This document shows, one piece after another, positions 8,401-15,833 of a stretch of 64,000 nt of DNA. A model generated the notes under the pieces. The model had not been told where the DNA came from. It searched no databases and saw only the letters and a list, made by a program, of their open reading frames with translations. Both the position numbers and the translations under genes were made by a program. Source of the stretch: Minisyncoccota bacterium (GTDB taxonomy: Bacteria; Patescibacteriota; Minisyncoccia; Phycocordibacterales; UBA9973); contig JBAZXO010000001.1 in NCBI GenBank assembly GCA_041659785.1, forward strand, positions 241,649 through 305,648, written 5' to 3'. How positions within the stretch are numbered: the stretch's first letter is position 1; each line of letters begins with the position of its first letter.

Positions 8401-9262
8401 TACTTGTTACCCACACAGAGCCTGTAAAACTATCAAAAGTAATACCAATTGGACCATCAATTACATAATCATTTTTTGTACCCGTATTTATATCTACTTT
8501 GCTAACAGTGTTTGCGCCAAAACCCAAGTTTGCAACCCACACTGAGTTGGTCAAACTATCAAAAGTAATATCTTGCGGTCCTAAACCAACAGCGAAAGTG
8601 CCAACAATAGCACCAGTATTTACATTAATTTTACTAATATTGTCACTACCACTATTTGTCACCCATATGGAGTTAGTAACAGTATCAAATGAGAGACGTG
8701 AAGGTCCAATTCCAACAGTATAAGTACCAACAACAGCACCAGTCGTAGCATTAAGTTTAGTAACTGTGTTACTTCCATTGTTCGCCACCCAAATAGAATT
8801 AGTAACATTATCAAAAAGCACACCAAAAGGACTAGGGCCTACAGCATAATCAGTCTTGGCGCCAGCAGAAGAAGAAGCAGAAAGCCCTACGCTCGCTCCG
8901 ACACCTGAACCAGAAACTACTGTGCTGGAATTTGTGCCATTTGTAAATCCTCCTCCAGAAACTATAGGAGAAGCTGGAGTGATGCTTGTAGTGCCGTCGT
9001 CAGTAAATGCATAGCTAGTAGATGGCAGAGTAACAGTAGCAGATGCTGAAGTTCCTGTTTCTGTATTGTATTCTGTCCAGCCTGTTTGGTTGAGCGCATG
9101 CGTAGCAGTGTTTACTGTGGCTCCACCTAACCAAGATGACTGGAGAAAAGTCGCTGCAGCCGCTTGAGTGAGTTTACCGTAGAAAAAAAGACCGCTCATC
9201 CCTGCGAATATTATTGCAAAGGTTGCGAGAATAAATTGTATAGATGCGTGGCCTTTTTTCAT
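5414..9262 (-). CDS. Large surface protein. N-terminal signal/anchor, YVTN-type beta-propeller repeats, Gly/Ser/Thr-rich linker, C-terminal membrane segments interleaved with two CarboxypepD_reg-like domains.
   Basis: Repeats of the ~40-aa motif VGxxPxxIxFDxxTNSIWVxN. Low-complexity SGGSGTGGGTGGSG run. VYDSVTKQPLDPVYVVLNDNTGK...DGRFGF matches the carboxypeptidase-regulatory-like fold. Hydrophobic helices near the C-terminus. Confidence 0.75.
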   Translation of the reverse strand: MKKGHASIQFILATFAIIFAGMSGLFFYGKLTQAAAATFLQSSWLGGATVNTATHALNQTGWTEYNTETGTSASATVTLPSTSYAFTDDGTTSITPASPIVSGGGFTNGTNSSTVVSGSGVGASVGLSASSSAGAKTDYAVGPSPFGVLFDNVTNSIWVANNGSNTVTKLNATTGAVVGTYTVGIGPSRLSFDTVTNSIWVTNSGSDNISKINVNTGAIVGTFAVGLGPQDITFDSLTNSVWVANLGFGANTVSKVDINTGTKNDYVIDGPIGITFDSFTGSVWVTSSTVSNNLIKLNATTGAVLGTYTVGTSGVGGVVFDSITNSVWVTDANNNTVIKVNVSTGAIVGTYAVGIGPNYPAFDDLNSSIWTPNVVDNTISQIDINTGAVLNTYIVGTSPGNLIFDSFTDSMWVSSGFDNIVSKVNIATAYAASGTFTSAVIDTGAKANFTTLAYTTTLPALTSITVDVRAGNVAIPDGTWTAWTTNVVSGGSIGALAGNRYIQYRANLATTDTTVTPALSDVTINYSQYGASGNLTSSVFDSSSATNKVTKLAWATSGTSSTEIVKFQVRSSADNVTWSNWCGPALACDGTDYFLDANNDIAFVSNHPLTISDNDRYFQYKAFLSSGGAATPTLSSVTVSYDTNVGAPSPTGGGGIILQTPKVITNSATSITDTDATLNGNVDPNGTSDTTRWFEWGTSETILNNETTHNSQGSAVSDFSDTISGLTKNTTYYFRAVAKNSSGKVEGSILSFTTKNITDFQTPLAPVVTVTANPTSIPVNGTSVITFSTQNVTNGCIKSGNWSGSTEGSGTYTTNPLPVGIYTYTLTCTGGLGRTGSGSVVVTVESGTSGEDTSGGSGTGGGTGGSGTSGGTGGSGSSGAGGGSGTGGSTGGSGSGAGSGTGTSGGAGTGGGAGSSGVGGSSSGEGNSSIDSGQTIISNLVNSILTPEIKKAITTTRKNITEFSDTPVGNATTTTVTALGAGGGSAIALASVGGEAASFADIPFMILRLWSVLLVSLGLRKKRAPWGTVYDSVTKQPLDPVYVVLNDNTGKEVQTAITDLDGRFGFLVPPGSYQISTKKTNYRAPSAKLAGKMSDELYDNLYFGGEVLLGTNEVIIKNIPMDPLAFDWNEFAKRDKKLMMFYSKNTRIINAALNALFYIGLISVIGLFISRPDKLNLAILIVYGILLALHLLGFKPKTFGTIIDSATKAPLSYAVIRVFRKGFPQEIFHRVADKYGHYYCLLAKGEYHITIDRKNPDESYTTVYTSGLIDAKKGIINENFVA

Positions 9263-9367
9263 TATTTTTATTATATCATAGCAAAAAAATAAAATGCAAA
9301 TCCCCTCACCCCTTTCTTTCCCCTCTCCATAATTTTAATTATGGAGAGGGGTTGGGGAGAGGAGAAT

Positions 9368-12300
9368 CTATGGAGCAACTGGTGCAGGGTCAGGAGCAGG
9401 AGCAGGCGCTGGTGCAGGATCTGGTGTAGGCGCTGGGTCAGGGACGGGTACAGGATCTGGTGCAGGCGCTGGGTCAGGGACGGGTACAGGATCTGGTGCA
9501 GGCGCAGGATCTGTACAAACATTATTTACTAAAGTTTGTGGAGCTGTACAAGTTGGAACTACTGGTACTGGATCAGGTGTTGGAGCAGGAACAGGGTCGG
9601 GTACGGGGGCTGGAGCTGGTGAAGGATCTGGAGTAGGTGTTGGTGTAGGAGTTACACTAGCACCAGCATTAGAGATCAGAGCATCAAGTTGCGCTTTTGT
9701 AATACATGTCTTCCCTCCTACGTCATCGGTTACACACAAAGACTTCGTATTGACTTGTCCTGCAAAAATATCCCCTATCCCATTCGTAGCATCTGCTAAC
9801 CAAACAGTAACTTTTGCAAAAACATTTTTAAAGAATGCAGTAGCGAAAGATTCTGAAGGAGAACCTGGTAATGGGGTGACGGTACCTGCGACTCCTTCAA
9901 TATTTAGATTCATTTCTTGAATTGCTTTGACCGTGGTAGACAATATAGCATTCGTGTCTAATCCATAAGGCTTACCTTCTGCATCATGAGAGGCATATTC
10001 TGGAGAAATAGCAGCGACTTCTTCAGAGATGAATCCGAAATGGATTGCACTTCCCATATTCATCTCAGGCTTAAAGGTGTAAGAAACGGGACGAAGGTTC
10101 ATTAAGCTAGAGAGACCATTGTTTAAATCTGTTATGTCATTTTTAAATCTTTGAGAAGATATGGTACAGATTATATCTCCTGAAGCATTTGCAGATAGCG
10201 TTCCAGCTGTCGTACAACCTTTCTGCTGGACAACTCCTGTGTTCGTGACACTAAACTTAGACACTGATCCCACCTGTGCATCAATCAGAAGCTGAGCGCC
10301 TGAGCCGACAGCTGTTTCTGTTCGGTTTATGAGCAAGTCTGTGTTGGCGGCAGTGCTGGCGACTTGGTTATATGTTGGAATAATTGAAACAGCAGAACCT
10401 GCACCAGCTGTATTTGTAGAAGTGCTACGTCCTAGATTTATTGGAAATGTCCCATTTGTTCCACTACCCCCAACATAACGAATATCTCCATTGGTTAAGA
10501 CGTTATTTATATTCGCACCACCAACAATACTTGTGTAACCGTCTGAACCTCTTACACTAAACTTACTTACCCCTCCCACCTGCAAATCCATAAAAAGTGA
10601 AGCTCCATTGCTTGCTGTATTCGTTACATTTAATTTAATGGCAGTGGGTGTTCCTGTCGTATTCCAAGTTTGTGCAAGATTGAGAACAGACCCTGCGAGT
10701 GAGCCTGAGCCTGCGAGGGTGGTGTCAAGGATGTCGAGTTTAGAAGCAGGTGTCGTCGTTCCGATGCCGACGTTGCCAGCGAAATAATTAGTGCCACCTG
10801 CTGAATAAATAGCATAATTGCTTGTGCTACCCTTCGTTACATTACCTATATATAAACCGTAGTCATTGGTGACTGCACCAGTTCCAGTTATGTCATCAAG
10901 TTTGACACCATAAACATTTGTCAGTGTCCCCGCCCCAGTGATAGTTGGAAATGAATGAAACCCAACAAACCTATCGGTAACATTAGCACTACCATTAAAA
11001 ATATTTCTTGCTTGGTATGCAACAAAATGGTTTTCTGCCAAACCATTAGTAAGAGTCGCATGGGCATCGAAATCAGCGTAACCAAGATTAGTATCTGTTG
11101 TATTTAAAACTGACCAATCTTCGAATGCATGTCTGTCAATTGTTGTTCGAGTAGCATTTACAGAAAAATTACCATACGTGGTTGAACTACCAACAGAAAT
11201 GTCTCCACTTGAATTTATTCTAAGACGCTCGGTCGCATTTGTTCCGAAAACTAACGGGGTGGCACCAGTCGAATATATTTCTAAATCATTAGCTTGTGAT
11301 GAATTTTGAATAATTTGAACAGGAAACGTCAGCCCGCTAATACCAGCATCGGATTTATGTCTAATCACCAACGATTGATTGCTAGCAATACGCCCTGAAG
11401 CAAATGAACCACCGGTCGTCGTATTGTTCGCATTCCCACTTCCGTCAGAAACTATATCCAACTTAAATCCCGGGCTCGTCGTCCCGATGCCGACGTTGCC
11501 AGCAGTATCTATCGCCATTTTTGCACCTTCACTATCATCTATATGAAAATATAACGGTGCGTTAGTTGCACTATTAGAAGAATGAATATTTAGGTCATAT
11601 GGCGAATCAATGTTTTTTCTGATTTTAGCGTTTAACCCAGAACCTGAAGAAACTCCATTACCTCCTAGATAAAACGAGTTACTTCCAGCAGCAGAATAAG
11701 AAAAAATTTCACCAAGAACTTGCAATTTAGTTAGTGGTGCGGTGGTCCCTATTCCGACGTTGCCACTTTTTAAATATATAGCGGGGGAATCAACAGCACT
11801 ACCTCTTGTTCCTATAACTCCAATGGTTGGGGTAACTCCGTTATCAACATTTATTGACCCAACGTAAGTTGAATAATCGGGGTTATTATTAAATCCTATA
11901 TCTATTCTTCCTTGTGGAACAGTCGGAGATGTCCCTGTAGTACCAGTTATCCATAATTTTGAATTTGTGGGAATAGTAGTACTCCCTCCTGAATTTGAAC
12001 CAATACTTAACAAAGCCCCTGGCGCCGTCGTCCCGATGCCCACATTCCCCGTACTCCCTACTTGAAGTCCAGTATAAGCAATATTGTAAGCTTGGGAGGC
12101 GACAGTTTGAGAAGTTGAAACAGTGAGGCTTGTGGTTGAGCCAAATGCAGTAATTGTTCCTGCACTTGTTCCGTTTGCAAATACGAACTGTGAACCCACC
12201 ATTGCTGAAGTCCACACTGTACCCACGCCTGTGACAGTGGTGAGAGATTGTGATGCTGTACCTGTACTGTATTGGGTTGGGGTGACGGAGAGGATGCCAC

Positions 12301-15300
12301 TTGGTATGACCGTTCCAATCCCTACAGAACCCTTTAATGCAGTTGTAAGAATGCTATCATTTCCAAGAACAACACTATTGCTACCTATGCCTATTGCACT
12401 TGCTCCGATAACTATCTGATTCGTCTGTCCATCTGCATTTGCTTTTGAATCATTGCCTAAAAATAATGAACTTGAACCTATGGAATTTGAAGAGAAACCA
12501 TCAGCAATAAATCTTCCAGCATTGTAGCCTACCGCTGAATTATTAGAGCCTGTGGTGTTGGCCCTAAGAGCAAAGGTGCCTATAGCATTGTTATTAATAC
12601 CAGTTGTATTGAATCGGAGGGATTGATAGCCCATAGCATTATTACTACTACCAGAAGAGTTGGCAGCAAGAGATTCGGCCCCCAGAGCACTATTATTTCC
12701 TCCACTGCTTGCTGAAGCAAGAGCACTAGCACCAACAGCAGTATTATAGCTGGTACCGTTAGAATAAAGCGCTTGATAACCAATAGCTGTGTTGTTACCT
12801 CCGGCGACATTAGAGAATCCACTTTGATAACCTACGTAGGAATTATAATAATTCGCAGTTCCCGCTTGATAACCTAAAGAAGTTAAAAATGATGCATTAT
12901 CAAAATCAATTAATCCTGCCACTTGTAGAAGGTTGTTCGGTGTTATCGTACCGATACCAAGATTTCCATTAACCGTCAACTGTTGCCCTGTGAGTGATCC
13001 AGCTACACCAGAGAATTTACCATACAAAAGCGAGAATGCTTTATCGTTAGCTAAAGAAGATTGTTGTACATTGTTTATATAAAAAGCATTTGAACCTGTT
13101 TCGTATTTACCAGCTCCGTATCCTAATGCAACATTACCACTTCCAGTACTGTTAAGGAGAAGCGAATTGGCTCCGTTAGCTGTATTATTATTACCAGTAG
13201 TATTGTTACCCAAGGCACTTATACCATTAGCCACATTCTGGACTCCAGTGGTATTTAAAAAAAGAGTCTGATAACCAACAGCTACATTTGAATATCCGGT
13301 AGTATTAGAAAAAAAAGATTGAAAACCAATTGCAGTGTTATAACCTGCTATACTGGTACTTCCTACCGCAGAAGATAACCCTGTTTGGTAACCAATAAAA
13401 GTATTATTAATTGCACCTGCAACTATGTTCTTCCCAGCTTGATAACCAAGCTTGGTATCAAAATCTGTATTATTAAAATCAATTAAGTTTGCTACCTGGA
13501 TTAAATTGTTCGGCGTCGTCGTCCCTATCCCCACATTTCCGGTACTCCCCACCTGAAGTCCCGTATACCCAATATTGTAAGCTTGTGATGCGACAGTTTG
13601 AGAAGTTGAAACAGTGAGGCTTGTGGTTGAGCCAAATGCAGTGATTGTTCCTGCACTTGTTCCGTTTGCAAATACGAACTGCGAACCTATCATAGCGGAA
13701 GTGAATGTCGTACCTACACCAGTGATTGTAGTCAAAGATTGTGACGCTGTGCCTGTACTGTATTGGGTAGGGGTGACGGAGAGGATGCCAGCAGGAACAA
13801 GAGTTCCAATACCCAAGTTTCCATTTATTGTTAACTGTTGTCCTGTGAGAGATCCAGCTACACCAGAGAATTTACCGTAGAGGAGAGAATAATTTCGATC
13901 ATTAGCTAAAGAAGGTTGATATATATTGTTTACATAAAAAGTATTGGAACCGGTTTCGTTGTAGCCAGCTGCAAGTCCCAAGGCAACATTGCTATTCCCT
14001 GTGGAGTTATTGTTGAGGGCTTGCATTCCACTAGCGGTATTATAGGAGCCTGTGGTGTTGGATGTAAGAGCATACATTCCACTCGCGGTGTTTTGAGTAC
14101 CTGTGGAGTTATTGTAGAGGGCTTGCATTCCACTCGCAGTATTGTAGGAGCCTGTAGTGTTGGAGAAAAGAGCATACGTTCCACTAGCGGTGTTGAAATT
14201 GCCGTTGGTGTTGGAGTATAGGGCCTGCACTCCACTGGCAGTATTATAAGAGCCTCCAGTGTTAGAAAAAAAAGATTGATAACCAAATGCACTGTTAAAA
14301 TCTGCAGCACTAGTACTTAATGTTGCGCTAGATGTTCCTGCTTGATAACCAATAAAGGTATTATTTTGAGCATTAGCTACTATATTTTTTCCTGCTTGAT
14401 ATCCAAGCTTGGTATTAAAATCTGTATTATTAAAATCAATTAAGTTTGCTACCTGAATAGCGTTGTTGGGTGTTATTGTCCCTATCCCTACTCTGTGGTT
14501 CAGACTATCCACAAAAAGAGAGCTAGTATCTACGGTAAAATTATGAACTCCCAAATCTACATTGGATGTTCCGCCGGTGTAAGGAATATATCCTGAAAGA
14601 TCTAGCACTAAATTCCCGCTACCTAAAATAGAACCGCCATTGATAGTTTTGATATTTGTACCTGAAACTAGAGTGGCTTGTTTGTTATTAAAAGTATTCC
14701 AGTCAGTGGTTGTTAAATATCCATCTACCAATGTCGTAGCAGCGCCTAATTTTGTTTTAATAGTAGCTTGTGTTTCATCACCAGTGTTCGTGCCTGAAGA
14801 AGTACCTGAGAAAGTTCCTGATTGAGTAGCCAGAGTCCCAAGCACGGTAGTATCTAAAGCGAATGTACCAGCAGCAGTCATTTTTACAAAAGATGGTGAT
14901 ACATATGACAGGCCAGATACAGAAGTTAAATTTGCAGAAGAATCTTGTTTCCCATTAAAAGTATTCCAATCCGTATTTGAAAGTGCGCCTGTGGTAGAAG
15001 TGGAAGCTAAGGCTAAGGAGAGTACTTGTGTAGCAAGCGAAAGACCATTTGCTGTACCAAGTGTTACGGGATTATGGTTACTAGCTACTAAGGTTTCTAT
15101 CTGATTATATACAGCATTCTTAGACGGTGCATGAGTCGTGTCAGCATTCCAGCTCACGCCGTAAGCTACATCGCTAATACTCGTAGAAGTAAGTGGTGAA
15201 CGAACATCACAGTTTACATCTGTCGGTAAACATTCTGGGTTTAAAGTATCACCCGGATTATAGAAAGTGCCATTCCATACTGCGAAAACTGTTTTAGAAA

Positions 15301-15385
15301 AAAGAGAAATGACAATAATAGCCATAGCTAAAATAATCCTTTTTCTCATTGATGTATTTTTTATTTTTGAAAATATATTTTTCAT
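9368..15385 (-). CDS. Giant (2005 aa) secreted tail-fibre-like repeat protein with a C-terminal peptidase S74 / intramolecular chaperone auto-processing domain and a Pro/Asp/Ala-rich tail
   Basis: Signal peptide. Dozens of NTAxGxxALxxNTTG and GNVGIGTTTP repeats. SSQRFKNDI...LRPVSYTFK...HFGFISEEVAAISPE...LDTNAILSTTVKAIQE matches the endosialidase/tail-spike chaperone domain. C-terminal PTPTPDPSPAPAPVPDP repeats. Confidence 0.8.
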   Translation of the reverse strand: MKNIFSKIKNTSMRKRIILAMAIIVISLFSKTVFAVWNGTFYNPGDTLNPECLPTDVNCDVRSPLTSTSISDVAYGVSWNADTTHAPSKNAVYNQIETLVASNHNPVTLGTANGLSLATQVLSLALASTSTTGALSNTDWNTFNGKQDSSANLTSVSGLSYVSPSFVKMTAAGTFALDTTVLGTLATQSGTFSGTSSGTNTGDETQATIKTKLGAATTLVDGYLTTTDWNTFNNKQATLVSGTNIKTINGGSILGSGNLVLDLSGYIPYTGGTSNVDLGVHNFTVDTSSLFVDSLNHRVGIGTITPNNAIQVANLIDFNNTDFNTKLGYQAGKNIVANAQNNTFIGYQAGTSSATLSTSAADFNSAFGYQSFFSNTGGSYNTASGVQALYSNTNGNFNTASGTYALFSNTTGSYNTASGMQALYNNSTGTQNTASGMYALTSNTTGSYNTASGMQALNNNSTGNSNVALGLAAGYNETGSNTFYVNNIYQPSLANDRNYSLLYGKFSGVAGSLTGQQLTINGNLGIGTLVPAGILSVTPTQYSTGTASQSLTTITGVGTTFTSAMIGSQFVFANGTSAGTITAFGSTTSLTVSTSQTVASQAYNIGYTGLQVGSTGNVGIGTTTPNNLIQVANLIDFNNTDFDTKLGYQAGKNIVAGAINNTFIGYQTGLSSAVGSTSIAGYNTAIGFQSFFSNTTGYSNVAVGYQTLFLNTTGVQNVANGISALGNNTTGNNNTANGANSLLLNSTGSGNVALGYGAGKYETGSNAFYINNVQQSSLANDKAFSLLYGKFSGVAGSLTGQQLTVNGNLGIGTITPNNLLQVAGLIDFDNASFLTSLGYQAGTANYYNSYVGYQSGFSNVAGGNNTAIGYQALYSNGTSYNTAVGASALASASSGGNNSALGAESLAANSSGSSNNAMGYQSLRFNTTGINNNAIGTFALRANTTGSNNSAVGYNAGRFIADGFSSNSIGSSSLFLGNDSKANADGQTNQIVIGASAIGIGSNSVVLGNDSILTTALKGSVGIGTVIPSGILSVTPTQYSTGTASQSLTTVTGVGTVWTSAMVGSQFVFANGTSAGTITAFGSTTSLTVSTSQTVASQAYNIAYTGLQVGSTGNVGIGTTAPGALLSIGSNSGGSTTIPTNSKLWITGTTGTSPTVPQGRIDIGFNNNPDYSTYVGSINVDNGVTPTIGVIGTRGSAVDSPAIYLKSGNVGIGTTAPLTKLQVLGEIFSYSAAGSNSFYLGGNGVSSGSGLNAKIRKNIDSPYDLNIHSSNSATNAPLYFHIDDSEGAKMAIDTAGNVGIGTTSPGFKLDIVSDGSGNANNTTTGGSFASGRIASNQSLVIRHKSDAGISGLTFPVQIIQNSSQANDLEIYSTGATPLVFGTNATERLRINSSGDISVGSSTTYGNFSVNATRTTIDRHAFEDWSVLNTTDTNLGYADFDAHATLTNGLAENHFVAYQARNIFNGSANVTDRFVGFHSFPTITGAGTLTNVYGVKLDDITGTGAVTNDYGLYIGNVTKGSTSNYAIYSAGGTNYFAGNVGIGTTTPASKLDILDTTLAGSGSLAGSVLNLAQTWNTTGTPTAIKLNVTNTASNGASLFMDLQVGGVSKFSVRGSDGYTSIVGGANINNVLTNGDIRYVGGSGTNGTFPINLGRSTSTNTAGAGSAVSIIPTYNQVASTAANTDLLINRTETAVGSGAQLLIDAQVGSVSKFSVTNTGVVQQKGCTTAGTLSANASGDIICTISSQRFKNDITDLNNGLSSLMNLRPVSYTFKPEMNMGSAIHFGFISEEVAAISPEYASHDAEGKPYGLDTNAILSTTVKAIQEMNLNIEGVAGTVTPLPGSPSESFATAFFKNVFAKVTVWLADATNGIGDIFAGQVNTKSLCVTDDVGGKTCITKAQLDALISNAGASVTPTPTPTPDPSPAPAPVPDPVPAPTPDPVPVVPTCTAPQTLVNNVCTDPAPAPDPVPVPDPAPAPDPVPVPDPAPTPDPAPAPAPAPDPAPVAP
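9400..9520. repeat. ~30-bp tandem repeats encoding the Pro/Asp/Ala-rich C-terminal tail
   Basis: ggtgcaggcgctgggtcagggacgggtacaggatct is repeated head-to-tail. Confidence 0.7.
12021..12300. repeat. Intragenic ~280-bp direct repeat (second copy 13513..13792, ~90% identical)
   Basis: Long near-identical stretch, e.g. cagtttgagaagttgaaacagtgaggcttgtggttgagccaaatgcagt. The antisense ORFs 12123..12419 and 13614..13880 in the track translate almost identically. Confidence 0.8.
13990..14260. repeat. Tandem ~60-bp repeats encoding NTASG-type 20-aa repeats
   Basis: gcttgcattccactagcggtattataggagcctgtggtgttgga units recur four times. Confidence 0.7.
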
Positions 15386-15425
15386 AGTTTAAAAGTTCCA
15401 TACTCAGGAGAACTTTTATTACAAT

Positions 15426-15794
15426 TTACTTCTGAATTTTACTTATCAAAATACCCAAAAGTGTTTTCACGCTATTTTGCGCCTCTGCCTCAGTCTTGCT
15501 AGCGGTAAAATTCTGCCATTCTTTCATTATCTGTTCATCTTTCAAATCTCGAACTGCGTTTTCTAAAGAAAGCCTCGTCTCGAAATCAACTTCTGTATTT
15601 GCTTGTAATACTTTCTTGATAAACAAGGAAGTGAAGTTCAATACTTTATCATTTAATTCAAGCTTACTTTGAGTGGATTTTATTGTTTGTAATTCTTGGT
15701 TGGCAAAATAATAATTAAGCCCGAAAAAAGCGTTACCTATAACAAGTGCCCCAATGATTATAATAATTGAAATGCGATTTTTATTTTCTATCAT
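15426..15794 (-). CDS. Small membrane-anchored hypothetical protein
   Basis: 122 aa with an N-terminal TM helix. Confidence 0.5.
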   Translation of the reverse strand: MIENKNRISIIIIIGALVIGNAFFGLNYYFANQELQTIKSTQSKLELNDKVLNFTSLFIKKVLQANTEVDFETRLSLENAVRDLKDEQIMKEWQNFTASKTEAEAQNSVKTLLGILISKIQK

Positions 15795-15833
15795 ACTCGT
15801 TTAAAAATTCTTGATAATCTCTCTCTATATAAA

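Noticed and set aside
13990-14260. Possible CRISPR array from regularly spaced repeats
   Set aside because: Repeats lie inside a long ORF, are imperfect and in-frame (protein tandem repeats). No cas genes, and spacers are not unique.
9368-15385. Prophage interpretation of the giant tail-fibre-like gene
   Set aside because: No terminase, capsid, portal or tail tube/sheath genes in the flanks. N-terminal secretion signal and neighbouring cellular surface proteins argue for a host-encoded adhesin. The serine recombinase at the window start is separated by housekeeping genes.
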